In this document: positions 16,656-24,000 of the stretch, piece after piece
How the letters are laid out: each line of letters starts with the position of its first letter
Position numbering within the stretch: the stretch's first letter is position 1
Assembly: GCA_020025205.1 (NCBI GenBank)
Contig: JAHHSO010000003.1
Location: 67,728-91,727, forward strand
DNA from: Christensenellaceae bacterium
GTDB taxonomy: Bacteria; Bacillota; Clostridia; Christensenellales; Aristaeellaceae
Direction: 5' to 3'
DNA: 24,000 nucleotides
Made by a program: the position numbers and the translations under genes
The notes under the pieces: generated by a model
Told to the model about the DNA's origin: nothing
Databases searched by the model: none
The model's input: the letters and a program-made list of their open reading frames with translations, nothing else

Positions 16656-17050
16656 AACTTTGCTTTCCTGCTAATGGTTCCAAGAACACCATTGACAAAC
16701 GAGCAGGAGGTTTCGTTGGAGTACTTGCGGGTCAGTTCAACCGCTTCATTGATTGCTACCGCTGCCGCAAGTTCCATATACTGCATTTCAAATACAGCCA
16801 AACGCAGAATTGCAAGATCCACGCGGGACAGACGCTCAATCGTCCAGCCGCGCAGGCAAGACGCGATTTCCGCATCAATTTCAGCGGCATGTTCCTTTAC
16901 TCCGGAAACAACAGTATTTATGTATTCTTTGTCGCTTTCGTTAGGAGTATAGTCAATCAGATCAACCAGCGTCTCCGCTGTGCCCGCTCCTCCGAAAAGT
17001 TGTTCAAAAATGAGCTGCATTGCAGCTTCGCGCGCAAAAGGACGTGCCAT
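16652..17050 (-). CDS. nusB: Transcription antitermination factor NusB
   Basis: 132 aa: AREAAMQLIFEQLF...RLSRVDLAILRLAVFEM...AAVAINEAVELTRKYS. Confidence 0.93.
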   Translation of the reverse strand: MARPFAREAAMQLIFEQLFGGAGTAETLVDLIDYTPNESDKEYINTVVSGVKEHAAEIDAEIASCLRGWTIERLSRVDLAILRLAVFEMQYMELAAAVAINEAVELTRKYSNETSCSFVNGVLGTISRKAKL

Positions 17051-17132
17051 TCTTCATTTGCTCCGTTCCGTATTTCTTAGTCCATGCCATGCATGGCGTA
17101 AATGGGCATTATTCTGCCGCCCTGACAGGATG

Positions 17133-17163
17133 AAAAGGCGCGGCGGAACTCGCCGCCCGCGCC
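17133..17163 (-). terminator. Intrinsic terminator after the asp23-amaP-DUF2273 unit
   Basis: The - strand reads GGCGCGG(G)CGG-CGAGUU-CCGCCGCGCC followed by UUUU. It starts 7 nt after the DUF2273 stop. Confidence 0.75.
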
Positions 17164-17169
17164 TTCCAA

Positions 17170-17415
17170 TCATTCATAACGATCCGTGTGGTCATTATGA
17201 AAAAAATTGACCAAATTGCGGATAAACGCCTTCTTGTCCTTCACCTTGCCAAAGAAACCGCCAATGAGGCAGAACACGCCAATCAGCAGCGCTTTGGCAA
17301 CGCCAATCGTCAGACAAAGCACTGCAAAGATCAACCCTAAAACGACCCCGAAAATCATGCAGGGTGTTGTCCCCGGGATGAACATTTCCTTTACAAACGT
17401 CTTCCAATCTTTCAT
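17170..17415 (-). CDS. Small integral membrane protein, DUF2273-like (third gene of Asp23 modules)
   Basis: 81 aa from the ATG at 17415 (MKDWKTFVKEMF...), with two hydrophobic helices. Its start overlaps the amaP stop (ATGA). The track start at 17457 is an in-frame extension inside amaP. Confidence 0.7.
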   Translation of the reverse strand: MKDWKTFVKEMFIPGTTPCMIFGVVLGLIFAVLCLTIGVAKALLIGVFCLIGGFFGKVKDKKAFIRNLVNFFHNDHTDRYE

Positions 17416-18191
17416 GCCTGTTCCTCCGGAAGTTCCTCTTTCTGTTCTTCGCTGCATACGTCAGAATCCTCTGCTGCTGCAGGTTCAGCGTCAGAAAGTT
17501 CAGCTTCGGAAACTGCGGTTTCAAGTTCATCAGCCTCAACTGCTGCTTCAACCGCCGTTTCCCCTTCTTTCGGTTCTTGCAGCTGATTATCTGTGGACAA
17601 GCCCAGAAAATCAGCCGGAATAGCATACGGGGACTTGGTTGTTTCTTCGTCAGAAGGAATGGTGCTGTCTACAAAAATGCGCACTTCCTGCACCATGACG
17701 CCCGAACAGGCTTCCAGATACTTCTTGATCTGCTTTTGAAGCGCCGAAATTGCCAGCGGCATACTGATGTCAGACTGAAGCGCGATGTGTACATCCACAC
17801 GAATACTCTCTTCGTCGCTGAACAAGGACGAATTCACGACTTTCAGTTCCGCATGTTCATCCAAGCACTTCTTCACAAGTGCATCCAGCGCCTTGAGAGA
17901 AATGCGAACCATGCCATTCTCATTGCGCTGAATCGCATAATTGCTGGAACGCTTTTTCCCCGCCGGCAAAGTCATGCCGATAAGCAGCAGGAAAAGCGCA
18001 GCAAACACAGCGCCAACAAGTACGATAATCGCTTTTGTCAGCAGGCTTGCCATATTGATCTGCGCAGCCGCCGCGGCAATTGTATCTACAGAAATCCGCC
18101 CCATCAGAAGCATCACCGAGCCCGCCGCGCCGCAAAGCGCCGCCAGCGCGCACAGCAGAATCAGTATTCTATCTCCAACAGGATGTTTCAC
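17412..18191 (-). CDS. amaP: Alkaline-shock-response membrane anchor protein AmaP-like, with a long acidic C-terminal tail
   Basis: 259 aa from a GTG start with GGAGG 9 nt upstream. It has two N-terminal TM helices and then an Asp23-like fold segment (VRISLKALDALVKKCL...IRVDVHIAL...VQEVRIFV). The last ~60 aa are rich in E, D and A. Confidence 0.75.
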   Translation of the reverse strand: MKHPVGDRILILLCALAALCGAAGSVMLLMGRISVDTIAAAAAQINMASLLTKAIIVLVGAVFAALFLLLIGMTLPAGKKRSSNYAIQRNENGMVRISLKALDALVKKCLDEHAELKVVNSSLFSDEESIRVDVHIALQSDISMPLAISALQKQIKKYLEACSGVMVQEVRIFVDSTIPSDEETTKSPYAIPADFLGLSTDNQLQEPKEGETAVEAAVEADELETAVSEAELSDAEPAAAEDSDVCSEEQKEELPEEQA

Positions 18192-18219
18192 AACGTATTT
18201 CCTCCTTCATGGCCTTTGA

Positions 18220-18735
18220 TTACTCTTCTGTCGCTTCCGTTTCCAGCTCGTCTTCCTTCTGGAGCTCGTTCTCTTCAATAATCTCAACCGTGCTCTCTTC
18301 CAGCGCGTGCTGTTCTTCCTCTGCTTCGATGCTCAGAGCCAGCTTCTGACTCTGCTGCAATTCTTCATTCTCTTTTTCAAAGCTGACGCCAACTACATGC
18401 AGATCCACTTTTTCCACATGCAGTCCCGTCATGGATTCAATGGACTTCCGGACGTTTTCCTGTGCATTGCGGCCAACTTTCTGAATTGGCATGCCGTAAT
18501 CCACTGTCACGCTGACATCAACACTGACATCTTTTCCATCCATCTCTACGCGCACGCCGCGGGGCGCTTTGTTCTTTGCAAGCAGGCCGCTGATGCTGCC
18601 CGCACCTGCAATGCCCGAAATGCCGTCCACCTCGTTGGTAGCCACACTGACAATGGTAGAAATGACCTCATTGGCGTATGTGATCTGACCGTTATCCTGA
18701 TCTCTTTCCATATCAATGGTCACATTTTCGTTCAT
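18220..18735 (-). CDS. asp23: Asp23/Gls24-family envelope stress protein
   Basis: 171 aa: GQITYANEVISTIVSVATNEVDGISGI...VRVEMDGKDVSVDVSVTVDYG...VEKVDLHVVGV, followed by an acidic tail. Confidence 0.9.
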   Translation of the reverse strand: MNENVTIDMERDQDNGQITYANEVISTIVSVATNEVDGISGIAGAGSISGLLAKNKAPRGVRVEMDGKDVSVDVSVTVDYGMPIQKVGRNAQENVRKSIESMTGLHVEKVDLHVVGVSFEKENEELQQSQKLALSIEAEEEQHALEESTVEIIEENELQKEDELETEATEE

Positions 18736-18765
18736 TTCAAAAACACCTCCCTATGGATATTCATT

Positions 18766-18794
18766 AGTATAGCAGATTTTTGTCTTTTACACAA
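18766..18794 (-). promoter_or_regulatory. Sigma-A-type promoter for asp23-amaP-DUF2273
   Basis: The - strand reads TTGTGT (18794-18789), a 17 nt spacer, then TATACT (18771-18766). GGGAGG lies 9 nt before the asp23 ATG. Confidence 0.55.
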
Positions 18795-18804
18795 TTCCAA
18801 ATGT

Positions 18805-19263
18805 TCATTTTTTTGCGAGAATGATTTTTATATCTTCCCCGGACACGCCAAGCAGTCCCGAAACCGCTCCCGTCATGCGCGTTCTTTTCTTTTCGCTGTC
18901 TGCATTTTTTTCTGTTGTCACAATCGTTACTCCCCCCTCTGCGCATAGGACGGATGTATTTTCAAATCCCATTTCACAAAGCATTTTTTCTGCCTGTTTC
19001 TCCATATCCAGCCGCTTTGCAATCTTCACTTTTTCAGCAAGCGCGCCGTCTTTTGTCTCTCTGGAAGCTGTCGGATCATTGATCACGCTGTCAAGAAGCT
19101 CAATCGCCTGATCCTCTTCTTCGTAAACAACCGTCACCGGTACGCTGACCGCTGTATCTGCCCGATATGCACCCGCATACCCGCATACTGCCAGCAATGC
19201 CAGCAGCGCCGCCCCGCAAACCATGTGAAAGACATTCTCCTTATTGACAATCTGCCCTTTCAT
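18805..19263 (-). CDS. spoIIIAH: Stage III sporulation protein AH
   Basis: Start taken at the ATG at 19263 (MKGQIVNKENV...), with GGAGGAG 7 nt upstream. One TM helix, then the SpoIIIAH-like C-terminus (MEKQAEKMLCEMGFENTSVLCAEGGVTIVT...VSGLLGVSGEDIKII). It is the last gene of the spoIIIA operon. Confidence 0.8.
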   Translation of the reverse strand: MKGQIVNKENVFHMVCGAALLALLAVCGYAGAYRADTAVSVPVTVVYEEEDQAIELLDSVINDPTASRETKDGALAEKVKIAKRLDMEKQAEKMLCEMGFENTSVLCAEGGVTIVTTEKNADSEKKRTRMTGAVSGLLGVSGEDIKIILAKK

Positions 19264-19280
19264 CAATTCTCTCCTCCTGC

Positions 19281-19625
19281 TCATTTTCCTGCTGCAACCA
19301 CGCTGACAGCTGACGATGGAAGTCCTAAAAGTGTACAAAGCGCCTGTGTCAGCTGGATATTGACCAGCGGATCATCGGCCCCCTGTGCCACAGCCACCGC
19401 CCCGCAGGGCACTTCTTCCTCTGCGCCGCCCCATGCGCCTGCTCTTTTTGCTGTCATCACCACAACATCCACCTTTCCCGCCCCTTCCATCTTGGAAAGC
19501 ACACGTCCGGCGCGTGCTTCCAGTTCCGTCCCTTCCTTTGGAAAAAAGAGAGCGCATGCCAGGAGCAATGCTGCAAACAACGCAACTGTCTGCGGTGTCA
19601 GCACCGCTCGAAGCCGTTCAAACAT
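19281..19625 (-). CDS. spoIIIAG: Stage III sporulation protein AG, unusually short (114 aa)
   Basis: AAGGAG lies 7 nt upstream of the ATG. An N-terminal TM helix (VALFAALLLACALFF) is followed by AG-type motifs: LSKMEGAGKVDVVVM ... GAVAVAQGADDPLVNIQLTQALCTLLGLPSSAVSV. It sits seventh in the operon. Confidence 0.7.
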   Translation of the reverse strand: MFERLRAVLTPQTVALFAALLLACALFFPKEGTELEARAGRVLSKMEGAGKVDVVVMTAKRAGAWGGAEEEVPCGAVAVAQGADDPLVNIQLTQALCTLLGLPSSAVSVVAAGK

Positions 19626-19642
19626 CTGCTCTCTCCTTTCCG

Positions 19643-19852
19643 TCAGCCGATGAGGCTCTGAAGCATGTCTGCAAAACTCTGCGCGGATATAACGCCGTCA
19701 AGAATCTCCCTCGCGCCATGAAGCGTTAAATGAAGCATCAGGAGCCCGCCAATCATCCGTATGCTGCCGCGCATCTCATTTTCCCCCAGTGCCATTTCCA
19801 GCAGCGCACTGACCGCGCACAACGCGCACAGCCGACCAATAAGCGTCATCAT
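19643..19852 (-). CDS. spoIIIAF: Stage III sporulation protein AF, membrane segment only (69 aa)
   Basis: Start taken at the ATG at 19852, with GGAGG 7 nt upstream; the track TTG start at 19858 abuts the RBS. Two hydrophobic helices carry an AF-like motif (LLEMALGENEMRGSIRMIGGLLML). It sits sixth in the operon. Confidence 0.6.
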   Translation of the reverse strand: MMTLIGRLCALCAVSALLEMALGENEMRGSIRMIGGLLMLHLTLHGAREILDGVISAQSFADMLQSLIG

Positions 19853-19863
19853 CCGCAAGCCTC

Positions 19864-21003
19864 CTATCTGAGCATTACCGTTAAATTGCCCACCAGAAGC
19901 ACCTGAACAATCAGCAGAAAATACATCGTTCCCACGCAGAGCATTGTGATGAAAAACAACACAATCGTCCTGGAAAAATCACCGATCGCACCAATGACCT
20001 CCGCATCTGCCACCGGCTCCAGAAGTGCCGCGCTGAGCTTCAAAATGAACACGACAGCAAGCGTGCGCATCATCGGCCCCAGAAGCACCGCTGCCAGCAC
20101 GAGCACCGCTGCTACACCCAACGCATTTTTGACAATCAGCGTGCATCCAACCAGCGTGTCCATCGTATCTGAAAACATGCCGCCGACAACCGGCACAAAG
20201 TTGTCCACCGCATATTTTGCCGCGCGAATCGCCACCCCATCCACAGATGCCCGAACGACTCCCTGAAGCGACATCGCGCCAAGAAATACTGTAAAGCTTA
20301 TACCCAGCAGCCAGCAGACAGCGCTGCGCAGCAGCTGCGCCATGCGCGTCAAATGCGCCCTGTCCGACAGGTGATTCACCGTCGTCACTGCACAGGTACA
20401 CATCACCAGACGCAAAATCACCTCCCGCGCCAGAAACACCATGCTGCCCGATGCCGCCGCAACCATCGGATGAAGAAACACAGAAGAAGCGCTTCCCCCA
20501 AGAGCCGTTAAAAGCGTCAGAAGCATGGGCAGCATCTGTTCCATTCGTTGTGTCATGCTCATGATGGTTTTCCTTGCGTGTTCCAGTTCGCCCATCACAA
20601 GGAGAACAACAGGAGTTATAATCAGAACAAAGCATGCACTCCTGCTCAGCGCTGTCAGCGCATCTTTCTGTGCCGCAAGCGTATGTGCCAGCAGGCTGGA
20701 CAAGAGCACCGGGAGCATGATGGCAAGCATCACCCTGCCCGTCCCGTTTAATGCATCAAAAAAAGCCCTGAACACAGCGGTGAGTGCGTCCTCCGGCGTC
20801 ATTGTCTCCCCGGATGCAATCGCGCGCACAGTCTCCTTCACCGATCGTCCGCCAATTTCGATGCCTTCCATCGGCGCAAAATCCAATCCATCCAGAACCT
20901 CGCTGGTCGCCTTGTCCATTTTTTCCCGTGTGTCTTCATCTGCCTTGACAGGAACAACAAAAGCCAGCATCACAAGAAAAATCAAGAGCAGACAACGCTT
21001 CAT
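19864..21003 (-). CDS. spoIIIAE: Stage III sporulation protein AE
   Basis: 379 aa with a signal peptide and a polytopic membrane domain. It sits fifth in the operon and overlaps spoIIIAD by ATGA. Confidence 0.9.
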   Translation of the reverse strand: MKRCLLLIFLVMLAFVVPVKADEDTREKMDKATSEVLDGLDFAPMEGIEIGGRSVKETVRAIASGETMTPEDALTAVFRAFFDALNGTGRVMLAIMLPVLLSSLLAHTLAAQKDALTALSRSACFVLIITPVVLLVMGELEHARKTIMSMTQRMEQMLPMLLTLLTALGGSASSVFLHPMVAAASGSMVFLAREVILRLVMCTCAVTTVNHLSDRAHLTRMAQLLRSAVCWLLGISFTVFLGAMSLQGVVRASVDGVAIRAAKYAVDNFVPVVGGMFSDTMDTLVGCTLIVKNALGVAAVLVLAAVLLGPMMRTLAVVFILKLSAALLEPVADAEVIGAIGDFSRTIVLFFITMLCVGTMYFLLIVQVLLVGNLTVMLR

Positions 21004-21386
21004 TTCAGCGCCTCCACAGCCATCTGCGTCAGCGATAGAAAGATGGGCATTGCCACGCCAAGCAGCGCCAGCCGCCCGCAGAATTCTGTTCGCCGTGCAA
21101 TGGATGGTGCATCCATATCACGACAAATTTGTGAAGCCAGCTGTGTCACAAGGACAATCCCCATCGCGCGAAGCATCACCTTCATGTACTGTTCGTCCAT
21201 CGCAAGGGATTCAAAAAAACGTTGAATCTGTGCAACATATTCACTTACAGGCTTCAAAAGCATGCCCACCACAAGAATACTGAATGCTGCACACAAAAGC
21301 GCTGCCGCCTGAGGATTCACCTGTCTGAGCACCATCACCATCGCCGCCGCCAGCAGGCACAGGCCGCAAAGCTGCACAAGCGTCAT
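21000..21386 (-). CDS. spoIIIAD: Stage III sporulation protein AD
   Basis: 128 aa, 4 TM, collinear with B. subtilis SpoIIIAD as I recall it (...MGIVLVTQLASQICRDMD...GRLALLGVAMPIF). Confidence 0.9.
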   Translation of the reverse strand: MTLVQLCGLCLLAAAMVMVLRQVNPQAAALLCAAFSILVVGMLLKPVSEYVAQIQRFFESLAMDEQYMKVMLRAMGIVLVTQLASQICRDMDAPSIARRTEFCGRLALLGVAMPIFLSLTQMAVEALK

Positions 21387-21401
21387 TTTTTCTGCCCCCT
21401 G

Positions 21402-21605
21402 TCAGTAAAGACCAAATATGCTCTTTACATTATTGAGCAGCTGGGCAACCAGATCAATCACAAGAAAAAGCACTACCACCAGGCCCGCAACGGATGCCAA
21501 TACTGCAATATCATCCCTTCCAGCCTTTTGAAGCACCTGATTGACCGCAAAAACCAATATGCCAACGCCTGCAATCTGAAACAAGAGGTCGATGTTCATG
21601 CCCAT
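21402..21605 (-). CDS. spoIIIAC: Stage III sporulation protein AC
   Basis: 67 aa: MGMNIDLLFQIAGVGILV..., close to the SpoIIIAC N-terminus (MGVDVNVIFQIAGVGI). The start is ambiguous: the first ATG abuts AAGGAGG, whereas the ATG at 21599 has 6 nt spacing. Confidence 0.9.
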   Translation of the reverse strand: MGMNIDLLFQIAGVGILVFAVNQVLQKAGRDDIAVLASVAGLVVVLFLVIDLVAQLLNNVKSIFGLY

Positions 21606-21612
21606 CCTCCTT

Positions 21613-22131
21613 TTAAATCAGCAAAAGAAATATTGCCGCGCCTCCGGTTAATCCCAGCGCACGAATCAGCTGTGCACGTCTTCCAGACTCCCTTCGGAGC
21701 GTCTCCTCCCTTGCACGAAGTCGCTCATCCGCTGCATCAATCAGCCGAAGCTGCTCGTCCAGCCCTGTATGACCCAAATCAGAAAGAACACACTCAAACG
21801 CCTGCCGGTCTTCCGCGCTCAGAATACCATAGCCAGCTGTTCCCGCGCTCTCTCCCGAAAAAACCGTAACCAATTGCGGGGTGCTGCTCACCGCCATTCG
21901 ATGGGCGCAAATATGCAGAAGTTTCGTCAATTCGCGTTCTTCACGCGTTGCGCTCAAATCCATTTTTTCCAGAAGTTCAATCAGGCTTGGCCGCTCATAG
22001 CGAATAGCATTGTAAAACCGGACAAGGCAGCGGCGCATCGCCTGAATCCATCTCACGCGCCGCACCTCACCATCCGCAATGAGAAATCCCATTGTGCTCA
22101 CAATCACCATTGCCACAATTGCATTTTCCAT
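21613..22131 (-). CDS. spoIIIAB: Stage III sporulation protein AB
   Basis: Start reassigned to the ATG at 22131 (MENAIVAMVIV...), with GAGGAGG 6 nt upstream. This gives 172 aa with TM helices at the N- and C-termini, as in SpoIIIAB. Confidence 0.85.
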   Translation of the reverse strand: MENAIVAMVIVSTMGFLIADGEVRRVRWIQAMRRCLVRFYNAIRYERPSLIELLEKMDLSATREERELTKLLHICAHRMAVSSTPQLVTVFSGESAGTAGYGILSAEDRQAFECVLSDLGHTGLDEQLRLIDAADERLRAREETLRRESGRRAQLIRALGLTGGAAIFLLLI

Positions 22132-23008
22132 GCTCCGCCTCCTCATCAAGCAGCTGCCCATCTGCATCATACGCCCGATTCAAACATCCATGATGCCCAA
22201 GAAATACATATCCGTCAAATGTTCCTGCGTCAAGCAGGGCCTTTAAAACAGGCCGATTTTCAACATCCTGCCAGCACTCCGCATGTGCTGAGGCCAGCAG
22301 CCTTGTTCCGCATCGCGCCGCGTCCTCAAGCGCTTTCACATCCGCTTCGTCACCCACCTCGTCTGTGACAATGACTTGCGGCCCCATAGCGCGCAGCAGC
22401 ATCTGTACAGCTTCTGCTTTTCCAGCCCCTTGCATCACGTCTATCTTTTTGCCGGGTTTTATGCCAGAAAATAACTCTTCGCGTTCATCTGCCACTGCCA
22501 CATGCAGCCCGCATTCATCCGACAGCCATCGTGCCGCGTCCCTAAGCACAGTTGTCTTGCCGCATCCCGGCGGGCCAAGAATCAAAAGCCTTTTTCTTTT
22601 TTTAATATATGCTCTGATAGGCAGGCTGGCCCCTGGAATGTCCTTTGACATACGTATACATACCGATGTTACATCGCGCAAGCGCTTTCTTCCGTCTTCT
22701 GTATGAATCAGTTTCCCGCAGACCCCGGCACGATGTCCTCCAGGCAGCGGGATGTACCCCTGCGCCATCTGCGTTTCAAATGCATACCGCGCCAAGCCGC
22801 ACAGCACCGTCACAAGCGCATCCATCTGCGTGCCGTCCAATGCGATCGGCATATCTAACTTCCCATCGGCAAACACAAATTCCACAGGCAGGTCACGCCT
22901 GAAGCGCATTTCCTCCAATGTGCTCAGCTGTTTTGCTGACAGCCCGTGAACAAGCATCGATACCTCCGGCGTCAGCTTTAAATCCTCCGCAAATCCGATT
23001 GCTATCAC
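22067..23008 (-). CDS. spoIIIAA: Stage III sporulation protein AA (AAA+/secretion-ATPase-like)
   Basis: Contains LEEMRFRRDLP, Walker A (ILGPPGCGKTT) and Walker B (VIVTDEVG). The start is uncertain: GTG at 23008 has a weak RBS, while the ATG at 22957 has GGAGG 5 nt upstream. The 3' end overlaps spoIIIAB by 65 nt. Confidence 0.9.
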   Translation of the reverse strand: MIAIGFAEDLKLTPEVSMLVHGLSAKQLSTLEEMRFRRDLPVEFVFADGKLDMPIALDGTQMDALVTVLCGLARYAFETQMAQGYIPLPGGHRAGVCGKLIHTEDGRKRLRDVTSVCIRMSKDIPGASLPIRAYIKKRKRLLILGPPGCGKTTVLRDAARWLSDECGLHVAVADEREELFSGIKPGKKIDVMQGAGKAEAVQMLLRAMGPQVIVTDEVGDEADVKALEDAARCGTRLLASAHAECWQDVENRPVLKALLDAGTFDGYVFLGHHGCLNRAYDADGQLLDEEAEHGKCNCGNGDCEHNGISHCGW

Positions 23009-23049
23009 CTGCTTTATTGATATCAGCGTTTGCCGCCAGCCATTCAGGC

Positions 23050-23081
23050 AAAAAGAAAACGCAGAGCGGCGTACTCTGCGT
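23050..23081 (-). terminator. Intrinsic terminator after thiI
   Basis: The - strand reads ACGCAGAG-UACGCCG-CUCUGCGU followed by UUUUCUUUUU. Confidence 0.8.
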
Positions 23082-23106
23082 TCATCTTATGATCTTGTAT
23101 GCTGTT

Positions 23107-24000
23107 TTAGCCCACTTCGACGATTTCGGTCTGTTCAATCGCCGCGGCAATCAGCTTGTCACTATCCAGAACCTCTTCTGCCTTGCGGATCAGTTCTTTC
23201 TTGGGATGCGTTGTCGGATGTTTGGGCGTAAAGACTGTACAGCAGTCTTCATACGGCAGTGAAGATGTCTCGAATGTACCAATTTTCTTCGCGCGCTCGA
23301 TTATCTCGCTCTTATCCATGCCAATCATCGGACGGAATATGGGCATGGAAACCACCTCGTCCGTGCAGCCCAACGCTTCCATTGTCTGGCTGGCAACCTG
23401 ACCGACAGACTCGCCTGTAATCAGCGCCTGTGCCCCGTCTTGATTAGCCAGTATTTCGGCAATGCGCATCATATAGCGGCGCATAATCAACGTTGTGTAG
23501 TTGTCCGGGCATTTCTGATGAATCTGCATCTGAATTTCTGTGAACGGCACAACATACACGCGCATCTTGCCGCAGTATTCACTCAACTGACGCGCCAATT
23601 CCAGCACTTTTTCTCTTGCACGTTCGCTGGTATATGGAAACGAATGGTAGTGCACGCAGCACAGCTCAACGCCGCGCTTGGCAATCATGAAACCGGCAAC
23701 CGGGCTGTCAATGCCGCCGGAAAGCAGCAGGCAGGCCTTGCCGTTGGTTCCCATGGGCATGCCTTCGACGGCGGGAATGCGCTCAACAGACAAATATGCT
23801 TTTTCGCGAATTTCAATCATCATCACATGATCGGGATTGTTTACATCAACCTTGAGCTGGGGCAGATGGGACAATATGCAGCCGCCAGCTTGACGCATGA
23901 TTTCCGGCGAATTGAGCGGATATTTTTTGTCCGAGCGGCGCGCCAGCACCTTAAACGTTCCGGATAGCGGGCGCATCATTTCAACTGCTTCCGCGCAGAT
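23107..24000 (-). CDS. thiI: tRNA 4-thiouridine(8) synthase ThiI (N-terminus beyond the window end)
   Basis: PP-loop motif LLSGGIDSPVAGFM, then HYHSFPYTS and ITGESVGQVASQT. The frame stays open upstream of the track ATG (ICAEAVE-MMRPLSG) to position 24000, so the ferredoxin-like/THUMP N-terminus is cut off. Confidence 0.9.
   Translation of the reverse strand: MCAEAVEMMRPLSGTFKVLARRSDKKYPLNSPEIMRQAGGCILSHLPQLKVDVNNPDHVMMIEIREKAYLSVERIPAVEGMPMGTNGKACLLLSGGIDSPVAGFMIAKRGVELCCVHYHSFPYTSERAREKVLELARQLSEYCGKMRVYVVPFTEIQMQIHQKCPDNYTTLIMRRYMMRIAEILANQDGAQALITGESVGQVASQTMEALGCTDEVVSMPIFRPMIGMDKSEIIERAKKIGTFETSSLPYEDCCTVFTPKHPTTHPKKELIRKAEEVLDSDKLIAAAIEQTEIVEVG

Noticed and set aside
22958-23049. Attempt to find a sigma-E-type sporulation promoter upstream of spoIIIAA (for example GATATCAAT as a -10)
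   Set aside because: The match to the CATACA-T/ATA-type consensus is poor and the spacing to either candidate start is awkward. I cannot support a promoter call from sequence alone.
1-24000. Search for CRISPR arrays, transposase or integrase genes, inverted terminal repeats, tRNA or rRNA genes, toxin-antitoxin pairs and defence islands
   Set aside because: None seen. The only repeats are the PT-linker codon repeats, and all sizeable ORFs belong to housekeeping or sporulation families in conserved order.

Overview
Core chromosomal segment of an endospore-forming Firmicute (Clostridia-like, moderately GC-rich). No mobile elements, CRISPR arrays, tRNA or rRNA genes were seen. Only two genes are on the + strand: a small orphan ORF and a secreted SH3b/VanW protein. 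The - strand reads, from high to low coordinates: thiI (5' end outside the window); spoIIIAA-AH; asp23-amaP-DUF2273; nusB, a TsaD/Kae1-like gene, folD, xseA, xseB, ispA and a DUF212/PAP2-like gene; a ~600 nt ORF-free structured RNA with its own promoter and terminator; a 4-TM protein, dxs, tlyA, nadK, argR and recN; an orphan ORF; a PQQ-propeller membrane protein; and glpK (3' end outside the window). The standout is the 707 nt coding gap at 11366-12072. By size, architecture and position (after ispA, before a small 4-TM DxxxD protein and dxs) I call it an OLE (ornate, large, extremophilic) RNA with its membrane partner OapA. This is a known but poorly understood RNP class, and I cannot confirm it without a covariance-model search. 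Secondary observations: a terminator between the RNA and the oapA-dxs genes; a PAP2-like gene between ispA and the RNA; a TsaD-like paralogue coupled to nusB; very short SpoIIIAF and SpoIIIAG; and a Pro/Thr linker whose perfect peptide repeats are encoded by different synonymous codons. Most starts were re-evaluated against RBS positions, so several differ from the ORF track.
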